From Halarcobacter sp. (GTDB lineage: Bacteria > Campylobacterota > Campylobacteria > Campylobacterales > Arcobacteraceae), in NCBI GenBank assembly GCA_963676565.1, contig OY781089.1, positions 1,504,001 through 1,568,000 on the forward strand: DNA of 64,000 nucleotides. Direction: 5' to 3'. The position numbers and the translations under genes are program-made. Position 1 is the stretch's first letter. Each line of letters opens with the position of its first letter. Of the stretch, positions 30,766 through 40,492 are shown one piece after another. A model generated the notes under the pieces. The model was given only the letters and a program-made list of their open reading frames with translations. It ran no database searches and had not been told where the DNA came from.

Positions 30766-32265
30766 TCATTTTTTGTCTAGTTTTTTAAACTCATTTATTA
30801 TCTCTTTTATTGGTTCAAGACCTACTGAAATTCTAATTATATTTATTGGTAAATCAATTTTTTCTAAAAAACTATTACCTTGCTTTGTTTGTATCATGTC
30901 ATAGTGGGCAAGATAGGTATAAGGCATTAAAAGAGTAAACTCAGTACCCAAACTTGGACCCTTCGCAAAATTTAGATTGTCATATATCTGTGTTAATGGC
31001 TTTTTAAAAGTAACAGATACAATCCCTGTGTATGAATTTTCATCAATAATTGTTTGTGAGTAATTTTTTTTATTCTCTTCACTTAAACAGTGATATATTT
31101 TATCAATGTAAGAACATGTTTTTAAATACTCAACTAAAGCTTTTGTGTTTGAAGAGATTTTTTTAACTCTAGTTTTATAATCTTTTATTTCAAAAGCTAA
31201 TCGTTGTTTATCTTTTATATAAACAGGCTCACAATGTTTGAAAAATTCTTCTGTCATATGAGATAGGGTATGTTTTTTATTTAAGATGATGGCACCCATT
31301 AATACATCAGCATTTCCACAAGCAAATTTTGTAAGGGATTCAACAAAAATATCTGCATAAGCAGTTAAGTCTAGATTATATGGTGTAGCAAATGTTGTAT
31401 CAATGATTAAAGGAATATTGTATTTATCACACAAAGCTCTTAATCTTTTTATATCAACGGTTTTTAATAGAGGATTTGTTGGGATTTCAGTAATTATTGC
31501 ACTTACTTGAAAGCCATTTTCTTTTAAATACTCTTCTAATAAATCTATGTTTAAAACATCAGTAAATATTTTTGATTCTTTATAATGATGATTTACTATA
31601 TTCATAGTATCTAAATATAACCATCCAAATTGAACTAAAATAGATCTTCCATTATGGGATTGAATAGAGTTTATCCCTCTTATTATTGAATATATCGCAT
31701 TCATACCTGAAGGAGTAAGATAAACATTTTTCTTTGGCTGTTTATAGGCACTAGCAAGTGTAGATATAATAATATCTTCAGCAATAGCCTCATCTTCAAT
31801 CTCTTCTTTATGAAGTTTGTTTATTAATCCAAGTTCAAAAAGATATTTTTCTGCAAGTCTAGAAGATAGATTACATCCTGAATGTTGAATATAGGTTAAA
31901 ACCTTTTGAAGTTGCGACGTTCCATTTTGAACTAATATAACTCCAAAGGGTTCATCAATCTCAATTTTATTATGGATATAATATTTATCACTCACAAGCT
32001 CAACTGCTTTTTGTGATGATAAAACTACAACTTCATATGAGTCTGGAACATTATATTTCTTTTTTAAATATGTTGCCAATTTTTTTAAATAAGGGTGTAA
32101 AATAAACCTTGGATAACCACTTTTAATCACTTCTAATATTTCAGGAGTTTGTTCCTCATAATCAATCACATCTTGAATCTTTGGCATAGATACAGATACT
32201 GCATGAATATTTTTAGGTGGAATTGTTTCCCCACAAGAGATATGATTAAAGTAATTATCTGACAT
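30766..32265 (-). CDS. PLP-dependent cystathionine gamma-synthase-like enzyme (long, Str2-type)
   Basis: HAVSVSMP, SGYPRF, EIPTNPLL, ESLTKF (PLP Lys), KGPSLGTEFTL, IRISVGLE. Confidence 0.8.
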   Translation of the reverse strand: MSDNYFNHISCGETIPPKNIHAVSVSMPKIQDVIDYEEQTPEILEVIKSGYPRFILHPYLKKLATYLKKKYNVPDSYEVVVLSSQKAVELVSDKYYIHNKIEIDEPFGVILVQNGTSQLQKVLTYIQHSGCNLSSRLAEKYLFELGLINKLHKEEIEDEAIAEDIIISTLASAYKQPKKNVYLTPSGMNAIYSIIRGINSIQSHNGRSILVQFGWLYLDTMNIVNHHYKESKIFTDVLNIDLLEEYLKENGFQVSAIITEIPTNPLLKTVDIKRLRALCDKYNIPLIIDTTFATPYNLDLTAYADIFVESLTKFACGNADVLMGAIILNKKHTLSHMTEEFFKHCEPVYIKDKQRLAFEIKDYKTRVKKISSNTKALVEYLKTCSYIDKIYHCLSEENKKNYSQTIIDENSYTGIVSVTFKKPLTQIYDNLNFAKGPSLGTEFTLLMPYTYLAHYDMIQTKQGNSFLEKIDLPINIIRISVGLEPIKEIINEFKKLDKK

Positions 32266-33426
32266 CTATTTTACAGCCTGCTTAATATCTTCAATTAAAT
32301 CTTCATAATTTTCTAATCCAATGGAAAATCTAACAGTACCTTCTGCTATTCCAATTGCTTCAAGCTCCTCTTTTGAAAATGATGCATGGGAGATCTTGGC
32401 AGGGATTTCAACCCTTGAATCTGGACTTCCAAATGAACATTTTTCACCAAAGATTTTTGTATTTTCTATAAATTTTTCTGCTAATTCCAAACTTTCAAAA
32501 TCTGCACAAAAAACACCAGGGATATAATCCATTTGCTCTTTCGCTAAATCATACTGAGGGTGTGATTTTAAAGCAGGGTGTGTAACTTTAGTAATATAAT
32601 CTTGATCTTCTAAAAATTGTGCAATTTTAATTGACACCTTTTCATGTTCACTCATTCTAACTTTTAGTGTTGGAATCCCTAAAGAGATTAAATATACATC
32701 CATTGGATTTTGACTTCTACCATGGGCATTTGCGTAGTAATGAATCTCATCAGCTAATTCAGCAGTTTTAGCAACTATTGCTCCAGCAACAACAGCTCCA
32801 TGTCCCGAGATATATTTAGTTGTTGAAAAAAGACTAAAGTCAGCTCCTAAGTCAAGTGGTCTTTGTGAGATAAAAGTAGCTAAAGAATTATCAACTGCAA
32901 ATAGTGCATGGTATTTTTTAGCTAAAAAACTTACTTGTTTTAAATCTATGATTTTAAGACCTGGATTAGTTGGAGACTCACATAAAACTAAATCAATAGG
33001 ATTTTGGCTTAATATTTCTTCTAATTTGTCAAATTCTAAAAAGTCAGCAAAATGCACTGTAATATTGTATTTTTCTTTAAATACTTTTAATAATCTAAAT
33101 GTTCCACCATAACAATCTGCTTCTACTAAAATATGAGAGTTTGCTTTTAAAACTGTTTCAAAAAGTAGAGCAACTGAAGCAATTCCTGTATGTGTACATA
33201 CACATCCTGCTCCACCTTCAACTTGGGTAAATAGATTTTCTAACATCTCTCTTGTTGGATTATCACTTCTTGTGTAGTCATAAATTTTAGAGCCGTCTGA
33301 AGAGTCTTGTTTTTTTAAATCAAAGGTTCCTGTATTGTAAATAGGGAAATGTGATGCCCCAGCTACATCCTCAAAGGGAGCATATTTTGCCAAGTGACTT
33401 AATTTTGTTTCGATTTTTTCTTGCAT
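32266..33426 (-). CDS. PLP-dependent Cys/Met metabolism enzyme (MetB/MetC family)
   Basis: YDYTRSDNPTR, YGGTFR, ESPTNP, STTKYISGH, RFSIGLE. Confidence 0.9.
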   Translation of the reverse strand: MQEKIETKLSHLAKYAPFEDVAGASHFPIYNTGTFDLKKQDSSDGSKIYDYTRSDNPTREMLENLFTQVEGGAGCVCTHTGIASVALLFETVLKANSHILVEADCYGGTFRLLKVFKEKYNITVHFADFLEFDKLEEILSQNPIDLVLCESPTNPGLKIIDLKQVSFLAKKYHALFAVDNSLATFISQRPLDLGADFSLFSTTKYISGHGAVVAGAIVAKTAELADEIHYYANAHGRSQNPMDVYLISLGIPTLKVRMSEHEKVSIKIAQFLEDQDYITKVTHPALKSHPQYDLAKEQMDYIPGVFCADFESLELAEKFIENTKIFGEKCSFGSPDSRVEIPAKISHASFSKEELEAIGIAEGTVRFSIGLENYEDLIEDIKQAVK

Positions 33427-33613
33427 ATATATCCGATTTTGTCCAATTTTTTGGAATTATAGCTTATTTTATATAAGAATTAAAATTTTCAAAAATGAAT
33501 TATTATTATTTAAGCTTACAAAATATCATTAAATGTGGATATCAAAAGTTATTTTTATGTTTGCAATGCTAAAATAATTGTTTATTGAAAGAAATTAACT
33601 CAAAGAATTTAAT

Positions 33614-35896
33614 ATGCAAAAAGATTTAGCTAACCCAAGCAAGCATTATAATAGAAATTTGTTATTGATATTACTTTCAATTGTTACTCTATTAGTTTTT
33701 TCAATATATATAGATATTAAATATAAAAAAGATGCTATTGAAAAGGAGCTAATCTCTTTAGAAAAAAGCATTATTTCAGAGCATAAAAAAAGACTCAAAG
33801 AATCAGTTTATAATACAGTTAATTATATAGATTCACTTTATAGAGTTTTTTTAAAGCAAGATGGAAAAAATTCAAACCTAGATCAATTAAGTGATGAGAA
33901 ATATAAACAATTTGAAAATGAGGTTAGAACCTATTTATACAATTCTGTATATGATAAGGTCAGATATACTTGGATTAATAAAGTTATAAATTTTGATGGT
34001 GGAAAAGATTATGCTTTAAGATTAATTCATCCGAATTTAAAACATACAGAAGGGGAACTTTTATCAACAAATACTAAAGATATAAAAGGAAATTATCCAT
34101 ATTTAGAAGAGGTAGAAGGGATAAAATCAAATGGGCAAATTTTTTACACATATTATTTTAAAGAATTTGATTCCAATAAAATTACTAGAAAAATATCATT
34201 TGCTCAACTATACAAAAAGCTAGATTGGATTATTGCAACAGGCATACCAACAAATGTTTTAGATGAAAAAATAAATAAAGAAAAAGAGTTTTTAATCAAA
34301 GAATTTAACAAAAATCAAACTATTACTTTATCTATAAAAGGTTTAGTTTTATTTATTTTAGGTTTATCTTTTTATTTATTTAGAAACCAAACAAACAATT
34401 ATATATTTGAAAATTTAAGTAAATCTAATGAGGTTTTAAATAATACAAATGAAAAATTATCTCTTGCTACAAAAACTGCGAATATAGGTATTTGGAAATG
34501 GAATATTGAAGATAACTCTTTTGATTGGGATGAGTTAATGTATAAATTATATGAAATTGACTCTGCTTGCGTAAAAATCACTTATGATTTATGGTTAAAT
34601 ACTTTACATAAAGAAGATAGAGATGTTGTTGAAAATGATTTAAAATTTTCAATAATGAAAAAGAAAAAATTTCTTTCAACTTTTAGAGTTAACACAAATA
34701 CTGGAATTAAGTTTATTCAAGCCTTTGGGGAGACAAAATATAGTTCAACAGGTAAACCTTTATACGTAATTGGAATAAATTTTGATATTACAAAAGAAAA
34801 AAATCAAGAAAAGATGATTTTAAAACAGGCTGAAACATTCAGTTCTTATGTGAATTTTTCAAGAACAGATGAAGATGGAATTATTACTGATGTTAGTGAT
34901 CTTTTTTGTAAAACCTCTGGATATACAAGAGAAGAGATAATTGGACAACCTCACAATATTGTAAGGCATGAGGATACTCCGAAAGAACTTTTCAAGGAAC
35001 TATGGGCTAATTTAAAAGCTGGAAAAAGTTGGACTGGCGAAATAAAAAATAAAAATAAAGATGGTTCATATTATTGGAGTTTATCAACAGTTTCATTGGA
35101 ATATGACAATAATGGAGATTTTATAGGTTATATTTCAATTAGAACGGATATTACATATAAAAAAGATTTAGAACTTAAACAAATTCAGTTAATGGAACAA
35201 TCAAAATTAGCTTCATTAGGTGAGATGATTGGTAATATTGCCCATCAATGGAGACAACCTTTGAGTGTGATTTCTACTGCTGCTACAGGAATAAAATTGC
35301 AACAAGAGTTAGGCACTTTAGATTCAAAACTTTTAGAGGATGAATTGGAGATGATAAATGATAATGCACAACATTTATCTCAAACAATCAATACCTTTAG
35401 GGATTTTATAAAAGAGGATAAAGAATCTACAGAAGTTGTATTACAAGAGAGAATAAAAGATACTTTTAAAATATTAAATGCAAGTTTAAACAATAATCAT
35501 ATTAAAATAATTAATAAAGTGGATGATACAGAACCTATAAAAGTAAAACTAATACTTGGAGAATTAGCACAAGTTATTATGAATATAATAAATAATTCAA
35601 AAGATGCTTTACTTGCAAATAAAATAGAAAATCCAACTATAATAATTGATATAATAAGAAAAAAGAATAAAGTTGTGTTGACAATAGAAGATAATGCAGG
35701 TGGTATAAAAGAAGATATTCTACCCCATGTTTTTGAACCATACTTTACAACCAAGCATAAATCACAAGGCACAGGTTTAGGATTATATATGAGTTTCAAT
35801 ATAGTAAAAGATAGTTTAAAGGGTAATATCTATATTGAAAATACTAAAATTGGTGCAAAAACTTTTATAGAGTTGCCAATAGAAAATAACGATTAA
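33614..35896 (+). CDS. Cache + 2x PAS sensor histidine kinase
   Basis: TM-Cache-TM, IGIWKWN PAS, PHNIVRHED PAS, IAHQWRQPL. Confidence 0.9.
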   Translation: MQKDLANPSKHYNRNLLLILLSIVTLLVFSIYIDIKYKKDAIEKELISLEKSIISEHKKRLKESVYNTVNYIDSLYRVFLKQDGKNSNLDQLSDEKYKQFENEVRTYLYNSVYDKVRYTWINKVINFDGGKDYALRLIHPNLKHTEGELLSTNTKDIKGNYPYLEEVEGIKSNGQIFYTYYFKEFDSNKITRKISFAQLYKKLDWIIATGIPTNVLDEKINKEKEFLIKEFNKNQTITLSIKGLVLFILGLSFYLFRNQTNNYIFENLSKSNEVLNNTNEKLSLATKTANIGIWKWNIEDNSFDWDELMYKLYEIDSACVKITYDLWLNTLHKEDRDVVENDLKFSIMKKKKFLSTFRVNTNTGIKFIQAFGETKYSSTGKPLYVIGINFDITKEKNQEKMILKQAETFSSYVNFSRTDEDGIITDVSDLFCKTSGYTREEIIGQPHNIVRHEDTPKELFKELWANLKAGKSWTGEIKNKNKDGSYYWSLSTVSLEYDNNGDFIGYISIRTDITYKKDLELKQIQLMEQSKLASLGEMIGNIAHQWRQPLSVISTAATGIKLQQELGTLDSKLLEDELEMINDNAQHLSQTINTFRDFIKEDKESTEVVLQERIKDTFKILNASLNNNHIKIINKVDDTEPIKVKLILGELAQVIMNIINNSKDALLANKIENPTIIIDIIRKKNKVVLTIEDNAGGIKEDILPHVFEPYFTTKHKSQGTGLGLYMSFNIVKDSLKGNIYIENTKIGAKTFIELPIENND

Positions 35897-35917
35897 AAAT
35901 AATTTGAAAGAAGGCTG

Positions 35918-38704
35918 TTGAAAGAAATATCAATAAAAACAAAAATTACAACAATCTATTTTTTATTTGGGGTGGCATGGATTTTATTATCTGATGAGAT
36001 TTTATTTTATTTTATAAAAGATGTTGAACAATTAACGAAAATCCAATCTTTTAAAGGTTGGACTTTTATTGTTGTTACTTCTATTTTATTATATTTTCTA
36101 GTTAAAGAATATGAAAATGAAAAAAATGAGAGTGAAAAAAAACTTTCTGAATCTAAAGAATATTATATTTCATTACTTGAACAAGCTCCATATGCAATAG
36201 AAGTATACAATAAAGAGGGTTTTCAAACATATTTTAATAAAGAATATACAAAGTTTTGGGATATAAAAACAACAAATAAAAATAGACTAACTGTAAATAA
36301 CAATAAAATATTTACACAATTAGGTTTATTGGAGTTTATTAACAAATCTTTTAATGGTGAAATAATTGATATCCCCATTTATTCATATAGATTAAGCTCA
36401 AATAGTACTAATTTAAATAGTCAAGAAAAATTAGTAAAAACACAAATATATCCAATTAAAAACTCAATGGGAGATATAGAAGATATAGTAATTTCCTATA
36501 TAGATGTAAGTGCTGAAAAAAATGTCAAAAAATTTGAAAATATTTTGTCATTGGTATTTGAAACATTACCTGATATTTTATTTATAATTAAAAAAGATGG
36601 GACTATTGTAGATTATCGTTCAAAAACTAATGAAGATTTATATTTACAACCTGAATTTTTTATTAACAAAAAAGTACAAGATATACTACCAAAAGATGCT
36701 GCTAAATTATTTGAAGAATATCTACCTAAGACAATTAAAAAAAGAGATATTTTAATTTATGATTATGAGTTAGAAGTAGGAAATGAAAGAAGATATTATG
36801 AGTCAAGAATGTCTCTTCTTGGTGATGATGAACATTTAATGGCACTTGTAAGAGATATAACAGAAGATGTAAAAAGTAAAGAACAATTAGAATTTCAATC
36901 CCTTCTTTTAGAACAATCAATTGCTGCAACTAGTGTATTAGACGATGATGGAAAATTTTGTTATGTAAATGAATCTTACTTAAAATTATGGGGCTATGAA
37001 AATGAAAATGAGATATTAGGAAATTTTCCTTCTAGTCATTATTATGATTCAACAATTCATGAGAAAATTATAAGTGAATTAGAAAAGGATAAAAACAATA
37101 TTTTTACTCTAGTTGCAAAGAAAAAAGATGGAAGTTTATTTAATATATTGATGGGGGCAAAATTAATAAATATCAAAAATAAAAAATTTTATATCTCATC
37201 ATCAATAGATATTAGTAAAAGAGTTGAAATATCAAAACAGTACGAAACAATTTTTAACAATGTTAGAGAAGGTGTGTTTATCACTGAAATTGATGGGACA
37301 ATAATTAATGCAAATCCATATATTGAAAGATTATTTGATAAAACAAAATCGGAGTTGGTAAATTCAAATATAAAAACTTTTTTAAAAACAAAAGATTTAA
37401 AAAAACTAAAAAGAATTTTTCATACATTAATCTCTAAAAAAGAAGCGCAGTTTGAAATAGATCTTATAAGTAATGAAGGTAATATTTTTACTGTATCAAT
37501 TAATTCACAAATTATAAATTTTGAAAATAAACAAATAATATATGGAACATTAAAAGATTTATCCCAAGAAAATGAGAATATGCTTTTATTAGAGCGTTCA
37601 AAAAGAATTTTTGAAAATCTTAAAGAGGGTGTTATTATTACAGATGCTAATGGATATATAACAGAGACTAATAAAGCATTTAGTGATATTACTGGTTATT
37701 CTTATCATGATGTTTTAGCAAAAAAGATTTCGATAATCAAGTCTGATAAGTATGATGAAGATTTTTACAATAAACTTTTTTTAGATTTAAAACAAACAGG
37801 TAAATGGTCTGGAAAGATTATTAACAAAAGAAAAAATGAAGAAGAGTTTAGCTCTTTTTTAACACTAAGTGCAATTAAAGACAATAAAGGAGAACTTCAA
37901 AATTATATTGGAATATTTGCAGATATTTCAGATATTTTAAATTATGAAAAAGAGTTGCGAAAAAAAGACTTAATGCTTTCTCAACAATCAAAAATGGCAA
38001 TGATGGGTGAGATGATTGGAAATATTGCCCATCAATGGAAGCAACCACTAAGTGCGATATCAATGTCAAATGGAATGTTTATGTTAAATCAAGAAGTAGA
38101 AGGTATGGTGACCAAAGATGAATTGGATAAGTCAATAAAGAATATTTCAAATTCAGTTGAATATATGTCACATACGATAGATGATTTTAAGAACTTTTTT
38201 AAACCAGAAAAAAATAAAAAATATTTTAAAACAAAAAAAATATTTGAAAAAACATACACTTTAATGGAAGCACAATTAAAAAATAACTCAATAGAAATAA
38301 TAAAAAACATAGAAGATATAGAGTTAAATACCTTTGAAAATGAGCTTCTTCAAGTATTGGTAAATATATTGAAAAATGCAAGGGATGCATTAGTATCACA
38401 AGATACAAAAAATAAGAAATTAATATTTGTGGATATTTACAAAAAAGATAAAAAAGTATATATACAAATAAAAGATAGTTCAGGGGGAATAGCACAAGAT
38501 ATAAAAGATAAAATATTTGATGCATATTTTACAACAAAAGATGAGAGTGATGGTACAGGAATAGGATTGTACATGACAAAACAGATAATAGAAGGTATGA
38601 ATGGAGAGATAAGTGTATCAAATGAAGAATTCACTTATGAGAATATAGACTATAAAGGTGCACTTTTTACTGTAAAATTAGCAAATGTACTTAATGATAA
38701 ATAA
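35918..38704 (+). CDS. multi-PAS sensor histidine kinase
   Basis: Two N-terminal TM, about five PAS repeats, IAHQWKQPL, GTGIGLY. Confidence 0.9.
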   Translation: MKEISIKTKITTIYFLFGVAWILLSDEILFYFIKDVEQLTKIQSFKGWTFIVVTSILLYFLVKEYENEKNESEKKLSESKEYYISLLEQAPYAIEVYNKEGFQTYFNKEYTKFWDIKTTNKNRLTVNNNKIFTQLGLLEFINKSFNGEIIDIPIYSYRLSSNSTNLNSQEKLVKTQIYPIKNSMGDIEDIVISYIDVSAEKNVKKFENILSLVFETLPDILFIIKKDGTIVDYRSKTNEDLYLQPEFFINKKVQDILPKDAAKLFEEYLPKTIKKRDILIYDYELEVGNERRYYESRMSLLGDDEHLMALVRDITEDVKSKEQLEFQSLLLEQSIAATSVLDDDGKFCYVNESYLKLWGYENENEILGNFPSSHYYDSTIHEKIISELEKDKNNIFTLVAKKKDGSLFNILMGAKLINIKNKKFYISSSIDISKRVEISKQYETIFNNVREGVFITEIDGTIINANPYIERLFDKTKSELVNSNIKTFLKTKDLKKLKRIFHTLISKKEAQFEIDLISNEGNIFTVSINSQIINFENKQIIYGTLKDLSQENENMLLLERSKRIFENLKEGVIITDANGYITETNKAFSDITGYSYHDVLAKKISIIKSDKYDEDFYNKLFLDLKQTGKWSGKIINKRKNEEEFSSFLTLSAIKDNKGELQNYIGIFADISDILNYEKELRKKDLMLSQQSKMAMMGEMIGNIAHQWKQPLSAISMSNGMFMLNQEVEGMVTKDELDKSIKNISNSVEYMSHTIDDFKNFFKPEKNKKYFKTKKIFEKTYTLMEAQLKNNSIEIIKNIEDIELNTFENELLQVLVNILKNARDALVSQDTKNKKLIFVDIYKKDKKVYIQIKDSSGGIAQDIKDKIFDAYFTTKDESDGTGIGLYMTKQIIEGMNGEISVSNEEFTYENIDYKGALFTVKLANVLNDK

Positions 38705-38723
38705 AAGTATAGATATTTATTTA

Positions 38724-40379
38724 CTACTTTTTTTGTTCAAAGTTCGTGATAATTTGTTTTTCTCTGTAAATTAAATAAGGGTCTTGGTAATAACTTTCTT
38801 TAAAAAAACTTTTCCCTATAGTTAGGATTAATCCTTTTATATCAGTTTTCTCTAACTCAAACTCTTTATAAGTAAAACCTACTTTAGCAAAAGCATTTCT
38901 TATGAGTTCATTATTTTGAGAGCAGATTAAAATACCATTTTTTTTGAGAACTTTTTTTATCAATTTTATAAAATCAAAAGAGAGTAAAGAAGGATTTAAA
39001 TTAGGTAAAAATGGATCTAAAAAAATAATATCAAATTTTTTGTCCAATTTTGTGATTGTAAATCTTGCATCACCAAGTAAAAGTTTTATATGATTGGTAT
39101 TATTTTTATATTCATAGTTTTCATATAGAGTATTTAAAATCTCTTTTTCTTCTTTGTTTTTATTTAAGATTTGTGCATCTTTTATAATCACTCTATTTTT
39201 ATCTAAGGCAGTGATATTAAGTTTGAATTTTTTTTCAAGTTTTATTGCCATAAGGGAGTTTATTCCCATTCCAAAACCAATATCTAATAAAGATATATCT
39301 TTTTCTTGAAGTTTCTCTTTTAAATTTGATTGCTCTAAAAAAAGTTTTTTTGCTTGTAGATATGCTCCATTTTTTGGATGATAATAATCTTTATATGTTT
39401 TATCCCAAATGGTAATACTTCCATCTTCAAGTTCAAAACTGTTTTGTTTTGTTAAATTTAGCTCTTTTTTTTCTATTAAGTCACCTTGTTTAAAACCTCT
39501 ATAACTCATTGATTCATTTATAAACTCTACAAACTGTCCCTTTTGCATATTCCATTTGGGAGCTATTAAATCACAAGTAGGAGTATCTGTTGAGGTTCTT
39601 ACGATTGGAATATTAGAAGGGATATTTCTAATTAAAAAGATAAGTTCTTCAGCATATTCATATTCATTAAAAGTTTTGAAAACCTCTTTTTCATACTCTT
39701 TTTCTAAAGCAGTATTTTTTATAATATGTAGATTGTGTATTTTTATTCCATCAACCTTCTCTTTACAAACTATTTTAACAGTATTTAGCCAATCTTTTCT
39801 ACTCTCATTTTTAAATCCAACTATAATATGAGCAAAGATTTTAATACCATATCTCTTTAAATCTCTTATAGCTTTTATTGTTTGTTTTGAATCATGACCT
39901 CTATTAATATCTTTCAAGGTCTTGTCATTTAATGTCTGAACTCCCAAATCCACATAAACATCAATTTGCTTATTTAGTTCTTGAAGATATTCTAATGTTG
40001 ATTTATTTAAGCAATCAGGTCTAGTTCCTATACTAATTGCTTTAAAATTATAAAGTTTTAGAAGTTTTGAATAGCTTTCTTTTTGTTTTATAACAGAGGT
40101 AAATGTTCCTGTATATGCTTGAATATAAAGCATAAACTCCTTTGCCTTATATCTTTTTTTTGAAAATTCTATGGCATTTTTTATTTGAGTTTCTACATCT
40201 TTTGCATCTAAAATCTGAGCAGCCCTAGCTCCATCTTGGGGACAAAATGAACAACCTCCATTATTGTTTTCATCTCTATTTGGACACCCTAAATCTAAAT
40301 CTACAGGAATAGTATGAAGTGTAGTATTATAGTTTTTTTTCATATAGCTTTTAAATGTGAAGTAGGGTTGGTCTATCAT
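38724..40379 (-). CDS. TIGR01212 (YhcC/YtqA) radical SAM domain fused to MnmC-type methyltransferase domain
   Basis: CPNRD...GGCSFC, GTRPDC, RGHD, GIKIHNL; C-terminal DGS.T...YH, LDIGFGMG, GDAR, FLDPF. Confidence 0.85.
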   Translation of the reverse strand: MIDQPYFTFKSYMKKNYNTTLHTIPVDLDLGCPNRDENNNGGCSFCPQDGARAAQILDAKDVETQIKNAIEFSKKRYKAKEFMLYIQAYTGTFTSVIKQKESYSKLLKLYNFKAISIGTRPDCLNKSTLEYLQELNKQIDVYVDLGVQTLNDKTLKDINRGHDSKQTIKAIRDLKRYGIKIFAHIIVGFKNESRKDWLNTVKIVCKEKVDGIKIHNLHIIKNTALEKEYEKEVFKTFNEYEYAEELIFLIRNIPSNIPIVRTSTDTPTCDLIAPKWNMQKGQFVEFINESMSYRGFKQGDLIEKKELNLTKQNSFELEDGSITIWDKTYKDYYHPKNGAYLQAKKLFLEQSNLKEKLQEKDISLLDIGFGMGINSLMAIKLEKKFKLNITALDKNRVIIKDAQILNKNKEEKEILNTLYENYEYKNNTNHIKLLLGDARFTITKLDKKFDIIFLDPFLPNLNPSLLSFDFIKLIKKVLKKNGILICSQNNELIRNAFAKVGFTYKEFELEKTDIKGLILTIGKSFFKESYYQDPYLIYREKQIITNFEQKK

Positions 40380-40492
40380 TTATTTCCTTTGGAGGAATTA
40401 TATTTGCATTTAGATTAAAAAAGTAAAGTAATCAAAGTTAAATAAGGTTTATTTAACTTAATTTGATAAATTCAAAAGAAAAAAGTATAAGT

